A stretch of DNA of 64,000 nucleotides, taken from the sequence record PZ445447.1; one strand, 5' to 3'. Below the pieces are notes generated by a model, which was given only the letters and a program-made list of their open reading frames with translations, was not told the DNA's origin and did no database searches. This DNA comes from a phage. Numbering within the stretch: the first letter of the stretch is position 1; every line of letters begins with the position of its first letter. Made by a program: the position numbers and the translations under genes. This document shows, piece after piece, positions 36,980 through 47,246 of this stretch.

Positions 36980-37840
36980 ACCGTTGACAGAAGTTAACGT
37001 ATTGATTTGATAGAGCAAAGTCTGCATGCTGTCAAATACGTCTTTATCTGTCATTTGCATTGCAACAGTCTCAGCATCTGGCAACCAATGTTCCTGGCAA
37101 AATTTAAGGTTCTTCTCATAGGTCGCTTCAGCATACTGTGCCAGATAATGATCAATATGGCTCATAGTCTGACCACCATATTGAGCACTAGCTACTGCAC
37201 TAGAGATTTGGCTAAGGATTGTTGTTGCAACCCCTATTGACTTCGGCTTACTGACATGGGCGTTACCAATGTTGAATCCGTTTTCCAACATATCTGGATA
37301 ATTTACCAAACAACAGTTTGTTAACGGACTGATCAAGTAGTCAAGATCATGCACATGGATGAAGCCCCTATTGTGCTCTTCTGAGACACGGTCTGGCAGG
37401 ATCTGTGTTGATGCAAGGTGTTTGCTAAGGATGCCTGCAAGCAGGTCACGATGAGTGTGTACATGATTGGTAGGCTTATTTGCGTTTTCTTTTGTAAATT
37501 CATCACAAGTTCGATCCAAGAAGCCACTAATATCTGCAAGCAGTTTTCCACCTGCCTCTCTGTTATTATCTCTTGTCTGTCTATACTGGATGTATTCTCT
37601 GGCTGCACATTTTAAACCCATATCCATAAGAGCGTCTTCAACAAGGATATGGATATTTTTTACAGAGATCGTGCACTGATCGGTTGGTAGATTGTTAGCA
37701 ACAACTTCATTAACCGCGCAGGCGATCCGGTAAGCTTCTTCTTCAGTATGTCCAGACTCAAGTAAGGCGGACTCTGCCGCCTTGATCACCTTAATTCCGT
37801 TATAGAACTCTTCTCTACCGTCCCGTTTTACAACTTTCAC
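36977..37840 (-). CDS. nrdD: anaerobic ribonucleoside-triphosphate reductase, N-terminal part (exon 1 or split-gene half)
   Basis: 287 aa beginning MKVVKRDGREEFYNG (ATP-cone-like N-terminus); continues class III RNR architecture with 34920..36128. Confidence 0.8.
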   Translation of the reverse strand: MKVVKRDGREEFYNGIKVIKAAESALLESGHTEEEAYRIACAVNEVVANNLPTDQCTISVKNIHILVEDALMDMGLKCAAREYIQYRQTRDNNREAGGKLLADISGFLDRTCDEFTKENANKPTNHVHTHRDLLAGILSKHLASTQILPDRVSEEHNRGFIHVHDLDYLISPLTNCCLVNYPDMLENGFNIGNAHVSKPKSIGVATTILSQISSAVASAQYGGQTMSHIDHYLAQYAEATYEKNLKFCQEHWLPDAETVAMQMTDKDVFDSMQTLLYQINTLTSVNG

Positions 37841-38115
37841 TTTTTCTCTCCAAAACCATTCTTAACAAAAGAGATGAAATCGTCGGCACCGCCTATATGG
37901 ACACTTTCAAGAGCGCTTTCTAAAAAGATCTGCGGCAACGTTCTGGGGACGATTGGACTACACTTCTCAATAAGCTCTTCTTTTGTGTAGCCCTCTCCAA
38001 GTGTCTTATATACAAAAGGTATACCTTTGCTGACTGCAAATTCTTTTGCTCTGACACAATGTGGGCAGTTATCCTTACCGTAGATGATGATGAAAAAAGA
38101 TTTTTCGCAGCTCAT
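37837..38115 (-). CDS. glutaredoxin-like redoxin (NrdH/NrdC-like)
   Basis: active-site CPHC in IIYGKDNCPHCVRAK; 92 aa; sits between nrdD and nrdB. Confidence 0.7.
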   Translation of the reverse strand: MSCEKSFFIIIYGKDNCPHCVRAKEFAVSKGIPFVYKTLGEGYTKEELIEKCSPIVPRTLPQIFLESALESVHIGGADDFISFVKNGFGEKK

Positions 38116-38118
38116 ATA

Positions 38119-39207
38119 TTAAAACTCCCAAATTTCTTCTTCAGCGTCGTTAACAGTTGTGTTGACGCGGTAGTCAGTGTTCGACATTTCTTGGTTTGCC
38201 GTCTGTTGCAATGAAGGTTTCATCCACACCTGCATAAACGGTAGCGGGTCCTTTGTTGGCGGCACAAAGTCTTTGTCGATGTCGTAGTAATCATAAATCG
38301 GTGAGCAGTTATAGTCAACCCATTCTTTAAGCAACGGTGAGTTAAGACCTATAATCGCTCTTCCTTCGCTGAAAATATAGTCACTCCAACCGTACTCTTT
38401 GGTTCGTACTTCATCAAGAATCTCTTTTAACTCCCCCTTTATCTCAAGGAAGCTTTTCTCCCATGCGGGATCATTAAGCAGGATATCAATGATGGCAAAA
38501 TCACCTTTCGAATGCAGCATTTCGTCAAGCATGATTTTTTGAACAAGCTGCGCCACCTGAACAAAGATACCCTGTTCAGCTACTGCGAAAGTGCATGCAA
38601 AACTTGCAATAAACTCAATACTTTCCAGGGCTAAAAGTGCAAAAAGCGCTCTAAGAATGCATTTCCGCACAATATCTTCTTCAACACTAGAAGGATCCAG
38701 TCGGTATTTTGCACCAATAACCTCAAGCTCTTGCATGTATTTGACAATAACGCCAGATCTGCTCAGAACGTTTTGGTTTTCCTGAATCTCTTCTATAATC
38801 TCACGGGCATTTGGGAGGCATTGTCTAACAATCTCTGAGTAAGTTAGTGCGTGAAGAACTTCAATCTCTGACTGTTTCATCAATAGAGTGAAAAGCTCAC
38901 TATTAGTGATGAATGGTGAAAAGAGGCAGATGATCGATCTTGCCGCAACGCTATCAGCCTCCCATTGCCACATCAAGGTCTGCACCATCACGTCATAAGT
39001 TGACTTGGAGCATGTTACAAAATCTGAAATAGATTGCGACAAATCCACTTCATCCTCTGCCCAATCTTGCTCTTTTTGTTTTTTGTATAGTTCAAACAGT
39101 TGTGGATATTTTTTGTTGATAGAGTCATACATACCCATTTGCTGTCCTAGAAACAGCGGATAGTCACCAGTTTTATGAGCGGTGTTCTCAGCATTAAATA
39201 CAGCCAT
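38119..39207 (-). CDS. nrdB: ribonucleotide reductase class Ia small subunit
   Basis: iron-centre region ESIEFIASFACTFAVAE (E. coli NrdB EAIRFYVSFACSFAFAE); 362 aa. Confidence 0.85.
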   Translation of the reverse strand: MAVFNAENTAHKTGDYPLFLGQQMGMYDSINKKYPQLFELYKKQKEQDWAEDEVDLSQSISDFVTCSKSTYDVMVQTLMWQWEADSVAARSIICLFSPFITNSELFTLLMKQSEIEVLHALTYSEIVRQCLPNAREIIEEIQENQNVLSRSGVIVKYMQELEVIGAKYRLDPSSVEEDIVRKCILRALFALLALESIEFIASFACTFAVAEQGIFVQVAQLVQKIMLDEMLHSKGDFAIIDILLNDPAWEKSFLEIKGELKEILDEVRTKEYGWSDYIFSEGRAIIGLNSPLLKEWVDYNCSPIYDYYDIDKDFVPPTKDPLPFMQVWMKPSLQQTANQEMSNTDYRVNTTVNDAEEEIWEF

Positions 39208-39246
39208 TATTCTAACCTCTAAAATGGGGCCGAAGCCCCTTTAAAA

Positions 39247-41562
39247 TTATAGTGCACAACTTTCGCAATACGGATCTTCAACCGAACTATCTGCAATCAA
39301 AGGGTAGTTCTTTCTGGTTTCATCTTCAGCCTGTTTCTTGGCATGAAGTTCCTCTGCCAATGAGTCACCAGCACCAACCCTGGAGTTTAAATAATACCAT
39401 GTCTTCATCCCGAATTTAGTGGCACGGATAAGGTACCCTAGCTGCTCCTTCATTGAAATTTTACCATCTTTCAACTTGGTGTAATCTATGTATAAATCCG
39501 CGCTGATTGCCTGACCTGTAAATTTTTGAATCACAGCATACATATCGATCATGTCGTTAGTATCAACGTCCCAAGCCGAGGTGTAATACTCTTTCAACTC
39601 ATCATAGTCAGGAACGATAAACAGCACCTGCCCTTGTGGCGACTTTTTAAAGATAATGTGCTCACGGACAGGATAAACCCCGTTAGTGGTGTTTGTTGCC
39701 AGCGAAGAGCTTTCATTAGGCATATATGCTTCAAGAACGCTATTACGTAGCCCACCATTCTCAATGATTTCTTTACGTAACCCTTCCCAATCCTGTTTAA
39801 GAGAAGGATCTTTCACCACGCTATCGACCTCTTTGTTATAGGTGTCGATTGGTAACCAACCTTCTGGATATTTTGTTTTATGCATCCACTCGCAGACACC
39901 ACGCTCTTTTGCCAACCGTAAACTTGCCTTATGCAAGCTGTAGCTGTGAAGTTCTGCAAGATCGTGAACGAGCTGTTTACTTTCAGGAGACCCGTAAGTA
40001 ACCTTGTGGCTGGCAATAAAATGTGCAACATTGGTAAGGCCAACCCCGATGGATCTGCGTTTTTTAACTGTGCTTTCCATATTTTCATACGGATATGTCA
40101 TGATTTCCATAACATTGTCAATCATAAGCACCGTATAGTATGCAACATCCTCATACTCCTCTGGAGTAACCCTCCCAGCTACAAGAGATGACAGGAAGCA
40201 CAATGCAACCTCTCCATCATCAGCATCGTACTTGAAGATATTACGCATATCTGAATAGCCTTTTGTCGGGAGGGCTATTTCTGCACACAGGTTGCTTGAA
40301 TAGATCACATCTTTAAAAGGTGTATGTCTATTCATCTCATCTGTCCAGTATACGTACAGCCTTCCCACCTCAGTGCGCTGCGTGATCAGTTCAACAGCAA
40401 GATCTCTAGCTCGGATCCATGTTTTAGGAATACTGTCATCTTTAGCAATACGATCAACCTCTGCATCAAACTCCTCCATAGACATGGTGAAGATACCCTC
40501 ATGCAGTTGAGGCGCGTGCTTATAAGAAACAAGCATCCAATCTAAATTCTTAGCCACACGGTTGATAAACGACCTATTAATACCGATGGAGTAGTCCATG
40601 GTGTTGATTCTTTTTGAAGCAACAGTCATAGGGTTTCTCAAACGGATTAGCTCATCAATCTGCGGGTCCAGTGCAAGGAATGATACTGTTGCAGAACCAC
40701 CACGTGATTGTTGTCTGTTCTCCTTAACCCCAGCATCAATACCTCGATAATATGGAATCTTACCCATATGTTTAATAGTGTTACCACGAACACCATCGCC
40801 TGCAGATCTTGAGGATAAGTAGTAGCCGATACCTGCTTGGTTAACCGTCATTGTGTACGCAACTTCACGTGCCACACCAATAGATTTTGCTGTATCGTCA
40901 GCTTTTATTACACAACAAGATGCATACCCTGTCTTACCTGTGCGCAGCCCGTTTAAGTACGGTGTTGGGGCATTGATCTTTAAGTCGGACAGATAAGTGT
41001 ATAATTTTACAACATCGTTGATACGACGTTCTTTCGGCATATTCTTCATGACAGCCATTGCTATCCCCATAAACATCATCTGGGGAGATTCAAACAAGGT
41101 GTCTTTAAGAGTATCCTTGATCCCGTATTTGTCGCGAAACTGTTTAAGGACTGCATAGCCATAACCGAGATCTTTACTGTGGTCAATAACAGCGTCTAAA
41201 GTGTTTAGCTCGGTAAAGCTATAACCCATATCCTCCCAATAACCTTTCTCAACCATGTCATTGTAAAATGATGGTAAGGAAGGGATCTTTGTAAACCCTC
41301 CAAAAGCCTCTTTATAGATCTGACCAATAAGAACACGACCAGCCATACGGGAATGTGCTTCGTCTTTACGGCTAACACAAGAGTCTATAATAGCTTGGTT
41401 AACTTCTTTGGTTGTACATCCATCATACAACCGCTTGTAGGCATCCAGTGCAATATGTGACCAATTGCCGTTACCATCGTCACCGAAAATAGCTGCCTTA
41501 TTTAAACGTTCTGGATCGAATGCCACTTCACATCCGTTGCTTTTAATTACCTTGGTGATCAA
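39247..41562 (-). CDS. nrdA: ribonucleotide reductase class Ia large subunit
   Basis: 771 aa; N-terminal ATP-cone; conserved SSNLCAEIALP active-site segment. Confidence 0.9.
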   Translation of the reverse strand: MITKVIKSNGCEVAFDPERLNKAAIFGDDGNGNWSHIALDAYKRLYDGCTTKEVNQAIIDSCVSRKDEAHSRMAGRVLIGQIYKEAFGGFTKIPSLPSFYNDMVEKGYWEDMGYSFTELNTLDAVIDHSKDLGYGYAVLKQFRDKYGIKDTLKDTLFESPQMMFMGIAMAVMKNMPKERRINDVVKLYTYLSDLKINAPTPYLNGLRTGKTGYASCCVIKADDTAKSIGVAREVAYTMTVNQAGIGYYLSSRSAGDGVRGNTIKHMGKIPYYRGIDAGVKENRQQSRGGSATVSFLALDPQIDELIRLRNPMTVASKRINTMDYSIGINRSFINRVAKNLDWMLVSYKHAPQLHEGIFTMSMEEFDAEVDRIAKDDSIPKTWIRARDLAVELITQRTEVGRLYVYWTDEMNRHTPFKDVIYSSNLCAEIALPTKGYSDMRNIFKYDADDGEVALCFLSSLVAGRVTPEEYEDVAYYTVLMIDNVMEIMTYPYENMESTVKKRRSIGVGLTNVAHFIASHKVTYGSPESKQLVHDLAELHSYSLHKASLRLAKERGVCEWMHKTKYPEGWLPIDTYNKEVDSVVKDPSLKQDWEGLRKEIIENGGLRNSVLEAYMPNESSSLATNTTNGVYPVREHIIFKKSPQGQVLFIVPDYDELKEYYTSAWDVDTNDMIDMYAVIQKFTGQAISADLYIDYTKLKDGKISMKEQLGYLIRATKFGMKTWYYLNSRVGAGDSLAEELHAKKQAEDETRKNYPLIADSSVEDPYCESCAL

Positions 41563-41867
41563 TTTGCTTCCTCCACTTCACTAACGTATTTATCAAGGCA
41601 GGTATCAGTATCTTGCTGGATAAAAGTATCCTCTTCTACAGAGATATTTATAATTTTACCTGTATACTCGTCATAATAGACATCATCATACATTTTAATA
41701 TCGTTTGTCAGGCCATTGAACCAAAGCCAACCAACATACTCTGCCCGACTTGCAAAACCAAGATCCTTCCACTTGGAGTTATGACTCATCTTCACCACCT
41801 TAGCTTTCAATACCGAATAATTTTTCCAGGCGATGCAGATCTTCAAAATTGAAAGGTTCATCAACAA
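41559..41867 (-). CDS. hypothetical protein
   Basis: start likely the internal MSHNSKWKD; coupled to nrdA. Confidence 0.45.
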   Translation of the reverse strand: MLMNLSILKICIAWKNYSVLKAKVVKMSHNSKWKDLGFASRAEYVGWLWFNGLTNDIKMYDDVYYDEYTGKIINISVEEDTFIQQDTDTCLDKYVSEVEEAN

Positions 41868-42300
41868 TATGAATATCTTCAGCCTTTTCAGATTGTTTTG
41901 TATACTTTCTTACATTAACACGATCCTCTACAGGGATATCATACGGGAGATCTTGAACAAGCATTGCCTCACCAGGTGCTTTATCTACATCTAAAATATC
42001 TACACCGTTATACATTTGTGGGTATCTAAAGTCTGCACGCATGACACCAGCAAATACATCTGCCTTTCGATAATGTGTTGGCTTATTTTTGCATCGAACG
42101 TTTTTTCCACGAAGAACATCAATACTTTTTAAATCAAACCCTACGGCAAAGAGTGCAGCTCGGAGACCGTTTCGTGTGCGAACGTTAAACCCGGGGACGG
42201 TAGATAGAAAATCTAAAGTAACTGAAATAAATGTCTTTTTAGGAATCATAACATTACTCATATCTGTCTCCATTTCTGGCTCACCAACAAAGTGAGCCAT
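41800..42300 (-). CDS. hypothetical protein
   Basis: 166 aa; no motif recognised. Confidence 0.5.
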   Translation of the reverse strand: MAHFVGEPEMETDMSNVMIPKKTFISVTLDFLSTVPGFNVRTRNGLRAALFAVGFDLKSIDVLRGKNVRCKNKPTHYRKADVFAGVMRADFRYPQMYNGVDILDVDKAPGEAMLVQDLPYDIPVEDRVNVRKYTKQSEKAEDIHIVDEPFNFEDLHRLEKLFGIES

Positions 42301-42359
42301 TATTATAGATTATCTAATACTATTAGTCAACACAAAAGTTACCTATCGCTGTGATAGGA

Positions 42360-43343
42360 TTAACCTTTCACGAAGTGGTTATTAAGCAGTTGTCTGTGCT
42401 GAACCCACCCACAAAAGTTGGCAGACCAGAATTTACCATCACGGTCTTGATGGGTTACACCTTCCTGCCAAGTACTGATGTCTTGTGTGATTTCACATGA
42501 AGACAGGTAGTAGTTTAAACGTTCCATTGCGTTATCGTGATCCATAGGTGTTGCCTGGTGCTCGTAAGGGCTTGCATGAATACGATCCCCACCAATCAAT
42601 TTTTTAGCCACACTATCTGCCTTTTCAAACGTGCTGTCAATATTTCGATAAGATACTTGTGCACAGCAACTAGCACTGATAGACAGAGCTTCTTTAGTAT
42701 CGAGAATGCAGAGCTTTCCTTCTGTGTCACGTACAGCGTAGTTAAACTCCCCGTCCAAATAAACGTGCTCTACATATGGAGTGTGCCATTGACCCGGTTT
42801 AAGGATTTCAGGAGTGCTATTCACAAGAGCCTCCCACATACAATTAGCTAACATCTGAATCGTAGGATCCGCATCGTGCCAGCAACGGAGGTGGAAAAAA
42901 TTATTCCACTCGGTGCTTGTTACAACTGTTTTCATGCGCTGAAAAGGCTCCACTAAGCGGTTACATACTTGCTTATGGTAACCAGCAAGGGCAAACTTCT
43001 CTGCATGCCAAGCGGCGTTTTTTGCAGCTTCTTTCCAAAACTCTTCCGGAGTTAGCTCCATATCAGTGTACTCTACACGGATCTTTTGATCGTGTTCCCC
43101 ACCATCTTCCATTCCTCGCTTATTTACACCGAAGCGAACTGGCATTGCCGGATTCTCCACAATCTGTTGCAGCATCTTTCCGACAGGCACTGCACGGGAA
43201 GACATGGCGTTTCGGCTGAACACTCGGTGCGTCATAAGCTCTGAGTGAATAATTCGAGGATACTCTAGCTCAAAAGTGGTGATGCGCTTACCTTTCTCGG
43301 AAATGCTGTCAGCAATGATCTTTGCAGTGCACAGTTTTAGCAT
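42360..43343 (-). CDS. thyX: flavin-dependent thymidylate synthase
   Basis: ThyX signature THRVFSRNAMSSRA (RHR-x7-S-x-R pattern); longer than typical ThyX, so extra domain possible. Confidence 0.7.
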   Translation of the reverse strand: MLKLCTAKIIADSISEKGKRITTFELEYPRIIHSELMTHRVFSRNAMSSRAVPVGKMLQQIVENPAMPVRFGVNKRGMEDGGEHDQKIRVEYTDMELTPEEFWKEAAKNAAWHAEKFALAGYHKQVCNRLVEPFQRMKTVVTSTEWNNFFHLRCWHDADPTIQMLANCMWEALVNSTPEILKPGQWHTPYVEHVYLDGEFNYAVRDTEGKLCILDTKEALSISASCCAQVSYRNIDSTFEKADSVAKKLIGGDRIHASPYEHQATPMDHDNAMERLNYYLSSCEITQDISTWQEGVTHQDRDGKFWSANFCGWVQHRQLLNNHFVKG

Positions 43344-43543
43344 TATTTAGCTCTCCTTGTTTTAATTTTGGAAATTTCGTCTGGGTTTATGTTGGCCTTA
43401 AATGCAAGGTATCTGTTGAACATATCGGAGCACATGTCTTGGGTGATCCTGGAGGCATACACCAGCTTACCTCCCAGATCATACACCTCTAGCCAGTCAC
43501 CGTATCTGACTACAGGATCGCCACCTTTAGAACATCTGCCCAT
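43343..43543 (-). CDS. hypothetical protein
   Basis: 66 aa; coupled to neighbours. Confidence 0.5.
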   Translation of the reverse strand: MGRCSKGGDPVVRYGDWLEVYDLGGKLVYASRITQDMCSDMFNRYLAFKANINPDEISKIKTRRAK

Positions 43544-43544
43544 T

Positions 43545-44138
43545 TCAAATACCTTCTAAAAACTTTCCTATTTTATACCAGCTATTAGCGGTATAGTCAA
43601 CACTGACCTTTAACTCCTCAAATTGCTCATAAGGCGTATCTTTTAGGATTTTAATAACTTCAGGGCGTGAAGCGAATTGGTTCAGGTATTCATGCCTGTC
43701 GTCAATTATAACATCTACAGCCACATTTCCCTTGAAATGCGTGGCGTAGAAGCCGTGACCCTGGGTGTGATCGTCCAGATCCATAAAATCACTAGTCCAA
43801 CGCTTTAAGAACCTTGATTTAGATGCAAGGTGACCTTTCTTGCATACCGAGATAAATGCAAGCTTGTGACCACGAGCCACCAAATCTTTCATAACCTCAA
43901 TAGCCCCCTCTTCAGGCTTAAGAAAGTCGTAGAGGAACGGGTCACTCCAGAAATCAAAAGGCCCTATGATGTTTTCTTTGGGGCGATCAGGCCAATACTT
44001 TGACAGATCGTAATACATCAGCCCATTAGAAGGTTTAGCGACTGTCTTACTGGCTGGACCATATAAACGCTCCAACCACTCCCACCATGCTGTTCCTGAA
44101 TCTACCAGTGTCAAATCTACATCAATACCGATTAACAT
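43545..44138 (-). CDS. HAD-family phosphatase, putative 5'-(deoxy)nucleotidase
   Basis: HAD motif I DVDLT near N-terminus and IIDD motif; nucleotide-metabolism context. Confidence 0.55.
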   Translation of the reverse strand: MLIGIDVDLTLVDSGTAWWEWLERLYGPASKTVAKPSNGLMYYDLSKYWPDRPKENIIGPFDFWSDPFLYDFLKPEEGAIEVMKDLVARGHKLAFISVCKKGHLASKSRFLKRWTSDFMDLDDHTQGHGFYATHFKGNVAVDVIIDDRHEYLNQFASRPEVIKILKDTPYEQFEELKVSVDYTANSWYKIGKFLEGI

Positions 44139-44749
44139 TCTTCTTGGGCCTCTTTAGAATCAATATACTTGCACACAATCTCCGATGCACATTCCCAAGG
44201 TGCACCTTCAGGGTTTACAACATCGAACTCAATTCCTTTTATTCCGTTCTTTTCCAGACTTAGATAGGTTCTGGAATCATTTCCCCAGTCATATCCGACA
44301 CGGTGAATACGGAACAACAACAGATCTCCACCTGTGCTGTACGCGTACTCGCTAAGGCATGCCAGCTCCTCTTTGAATCCACCATCGGAGTAAACAACAA
44401 CCCCTTTACCTTTAGGGAAATCTTTCTTCAAAGATGCGACTGCGGCTTTACCGAAAGCATCTTCACCAAAGATAGGTTTAATCAGATTTTCACTACAATG
44501 GATCATCCATTCTCGCGGAGAAACATGCTTGCCGTCTATCATTAAGAAAGGGCAAGGCTCTTCTTTGTAGTGGCGGTCATAAAGTGCATTCCAGATTTGA
44601 GGAGTTACGCCAGCTGCCTTAATTGCCACACTGAAGAGCATCTCCTTAACCTCACGGTGGTGTGAGTTAGGAATAGCTTCCAACAAGAGATCTGCAATGT
44701 GATCCTTACCACTGCTGGGTGGGGCGTTAAGAACAATAATATCCATCAA
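44132..44749 (-). CDS. P-loop kinase, putative deoxynucleoside monophosphate kinase
   Basis: Walker A NAPPSSGKD at N-terminus (GxxxSGKD as in phage dNMP kinases); adjacent to nucleotidase and thyX. Confidence 0.55.
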   Translation of the reverse strand: MMDIIVLNAPPSSGKDHIADLLLEAIPNSHHREVKEMLFSVAIKAAGVTPQIWNALYDRHYKEEPCPFLMIDGKHVSPREWMIHCSENLIKPIFGEDAFGKAAVASLKKDFPKGKGVVVYSDGGFKEELACLSEYAYSTGGDLLLFRIHRVGYDWGNDSRTYLSLEKNGIKGIEFDVVNPEGAPWECASEIVCKYIDSKEAQEEC

Positions 44750-44949
44750 AAACCTCCGTGGTATTCTTCAACTGCATCAATAATACTTTTACACTTATCT
44801 ACCAGCTCGTTAGCCACTACAGCATCGTCTTCCCAAACAGCTTCCTCGATCTGATCAAGTAATGATCGCATCTTACCCATCATTTCTGGGATAAAGTCTT
44901 CTGAAAAGCTGTCTGGAATTGTTAACTTTAGTGTCATTGCGGTCTCCAA
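44746..44949 (-). CDS. hypothetical protein
   Basis: 67 aa acidic helical ORF. Confidence 0.5.
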   Translation of the reverse strand: METAMTLKLTIPDSFSEDFIPEMMGKMRSLLDQIEEAVWEDDAVVANELVDKCKSIIDAVEEYHGGF

Positions 44950-44964
44950 TCATACTATGCGTTA

Positions 44965-45423
44965 TTAGAAGTTTGTTTTTACACGTCCCTTTTCATCAAC
45001 CTCGTTGTTGGCTAGAAGCGTTACAAAGTCTGTGAAACGGACATGAAGAACTCTTTTCTTATCAAGGTATCCTAAAGCCACCCCTGAGAAATTTAGCATC
45101 AAAGGGGCTAAAGAAGCTCTGGCACTGAAATGCTGTTGTTCTACCCTTCCAACACCCTTAGTGTAGGATGGGTTAAGATTGTAAGTTCTGAATCCCAGTT
45201 TTGTTGGAGCTTTAGAATTAAAAACAACTTTATAGCGTTTCTTACTCAACTTATGCTCCAGGATAAGCATTCCCTTATCACCCTTGATGAGTTGAAAATC
45301 TGTAAAGTGTTCTTTTAAGACAAAAGGTAGTGCCAGCCCCATCGCCTGCCCCCTTTGTACCGCTGTCTCACCAAAAGCTTTTGCATCAGTAAGTTCTTTG
45401 GTCAAGTCTATGCTTTTGATCAT
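44965..45423 (-). CDS. hypothetical protein
   Basis: 152 aa; no motif recognised. Confidence 0.5.
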   Translation of the reverse strand: MIKSIDLTKELTDAKAFGETAVQRGQAMGLALPFVLKEHFTDFQLIKGDKGMLILEHKLSKKRYKVVFNSKAPTKLGFRTYNLNPSYTKGVGRVEQQHFSARASLAPLMLNFSGVALGYLDKKRVLHVRFTDFVTLLANNEVDEKGRVKTNF

Positions 45424-46234
45424 ACCTAGTCTCCAAAATGTATTGTAGTTCTTTCTTACCTATACTCTTCATTCCAGCAGTCTTACCTGCTTCTTCTTGA
45501 AAAGAAGAATAGCATTCAGCAAACACTCTGTCAACACCGTCGACTAAAGATTTTATGAAATATGTCGATTCTTCAGATTTTGGATCATCATCCCCCAATA
45601 CTTTTCCAGCATTATACCCAACACGTCTTACACAGAAGTCGTAGTCATCTGGAGTGCTAAAAGAAAATAACTTATTCTCTCCAATCTCTACAGGATCCCT
45701 GTTGCACGCCTTTTTCTCCCAAATTTGGAAAACACACGGCACGTCATAAGGTTTGCCATTAAGTAGAAACGAGTTCTTAGGGCACCTTTCACTGTAGACA
45801 AGGTGCATCGACATGTCCAGTTTGTTTGCAAAAAATATTTTTTCAAATGTCCGTGGCAAGATGAAGGCTATAGCCCCTCCAAGCTCTAGCAATGATGCAC
45901 AATGGTTAAAGAATTTGCAAGCTAAAGATGAATTCTTGCCAAATGGTGGGTTACCTATGAAGACATCTGCCTTGGGATGCACCTCCAAGAAGTTTGCCTG
46001 AATGCACGGTGCTGGTCCTTCAAATTCAGGATCTGGTACTAGATCGTAAGACAGTATCTCTGAAAATAGTTTTGAAAAAGAACCCCTTCCAGCAGAAGGC
46101 TCAACGTATGCACAATTTCCATACTTATCTTTTACTTTACCAACAAGATATTCTGCATACTCAGGGTTTGTGTAATATTTGTCGTTGGACTCTTTCTTGC
46201 TCAAAGTGCCTCCAAAAGGAAAAGGGAGGCGCAA
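45386..46234 (-). CDS. DNA methyltransferase (NPPF motif, amino-MTase type)
   Basis: motif I VEPSAGRGSF and motif IV FIGNPPFG. Confidence 0.65.
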   Translation of the reverse strand: MRLPFPFGGTLSKKESNDKYYTNPEYAEYLVGKVKDKYGNCAYVEPSAGRGSFSKLFSEILSYDLVPDPEFEGPAPCIQANFLEVHPKADVFIGNPPFGKNSSLACKFFNHCASLLELGGAIAFILPRTFEKIFFANKLDMSMHLVYSERCPKNSFLLNGKPYDVPCVFQIWEKKACNRDPVEIGENKLFSFSTPDDYDFCVRRVGYNAGKVLGDDDPKSEESTYFIKSLVDGVDRVFAECYSSFQEEAGKTAGMKSIGKKELQYILETRYDQKHRLDQRTY

Positions 46235-46245
46235 GCCTCCCTATA
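46212..46245 (-). terminator. putative rho-independent terminator
   Basis: minus-strand hairpin gggaggc-ttgc-gcctccc followed by ttttcctttt. Confidence 0.5.
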
Positions 46246-46250
46246 CTTGA

Positions 46251-47240
46251 TTAGATTATCTGAATCAGGGTGTTTTTCATTTCTTCTCTGGTACGGATGT
46301 TGTTACGGTCACGAACAACAGATCCACAACCTTCGCAGCGATATGTTTTAAATGCACTCAGTTGAGTATACGCCAAAGCTTCTTCCTCGTGAAGGTGTTC
46401 TCCACCACAGCGTGGGCAACGAACTTTTGGCTCCTCATCCTGGTAGTACAATGACATGTTGGGGTGCTGCTTAGCAAACGGGCGTGCCAGCAAATACAGG
46501 CCTTCCAGAGATAGGATATCACCAACATTGTACTCCCGCATCTGTTTAAACGCCTCAAGATCACCATGAACACACTTGATCCACATTTCAAATGTGTGGT
46601 CAATCAGTTTCTGTCGGGCAAGTTGGAAGTATTTGCATGCATACTCCAAAGTGTTTGCATTCAAACGGAATGCCTTCTTGATCATTTTAAGGGTGTCAAC
46701 CTCTTTGTATGGGCTTGTTGGCGGCAACCCGTGAAATGCAAATCGTTGGTTTGCCCACCCACAGTCAAAACCTGAATTGTGGGCTACTGCGACATCACAT
46801 TTATCCAGATAATACCACAAGTCCTGAATCAATTCGAGGTCATTGTGAATATCCTCATCCCACATTTTGTAATCTGGAAGAGCGCAGTCAACCACACTAG
46901 GACTGTCTAACCACTTACCTGCGAAAGTTAGCATATAGGGCATAATTTCAATACCGCAGGTTTGAATGTTGGTCTTATAGTGCCCAAAGAACCAGCCGTT
47001 TGTTGGTGATGTTTCTGTATCATACACCCAAACTTTAGCTCCTTTGTGTTCTTCAAGGAAGCGCTCCGTTGCTTCTCCTACAATCTCTGACATATTCTCT
47101 TGTGCACGTTTAAGCTGTAGTCGGATCCAACTCTCACGTGACTCACGGCCTAAAAATTCACGAGCAATTTGTCTATTAGTGTATCCCTGCTGCTTTAGTG
47201 TTAAAATTTGCTCAAGAGTTAACTTTGTCATCATCGTCAA
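46251..47240 (-). CDS. DnaQ-like 3'-5' exonuclease with N-terminal HTH and C-terminal zinc ribbon
   Basis: Exo I VYDTETS, Exo II VAHNSGFD, Exo III YNVGD; HTH LTLKQQGYTNRQIAREF; CPRCGG...CEGCG. Confidence 0.65.
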   Translation of the reverse strand: MTMMTKLTLEQILTLKQQGYTNRQIAREFLGRESRESWIRLQLKRAQENMSEIVGEATERFLEEHKGAKVWVYDTETSPTNGWFFGHYKTNIQTCGIEIMPYMLTFAGKWLDSPSVVDCALPDYKMWDEDIHNDLELIQDLWYYLDKCDVAVAHNSGFDCGWANQRFAFHGLPPTSPYKEVDTLKMIKKAFRLNANTLEYACKYFQLARQKLIDHTFEMWIKCVHGDLEAFKQMREYNVGDILSLEGLYLLARPFAKQHPNMSLYYQDEEPKVRCPRCGGEHLHEEEALAYTQLSAFKTYRCEGCGSVVRDRNNIRTREEMKNTLIQII

Positions 47241-47246
47241 AATTCC

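Noticed and set aside
39208-39246. Hairpin between nrdA and nrdB as a transcription terminator
   Set aside because: GC hairpin is present (minus strand aaaggggcttcggcccc) but the downstream U-tract is short and it sits inside an obviously co-expressed nrdA-nrdB pair; more likely an RNA-processing or translational element.
39526-40191. Track ORFs 39526-39750 (+), 39813-40088 (-) and 39931-40191 (+) inside the nrdA coding region
   Set aside because: Fully embedded in a well-supported 771-aa RNR large-subunit gene, antisense or out of frame, no RBS; treated as chance ORFs.
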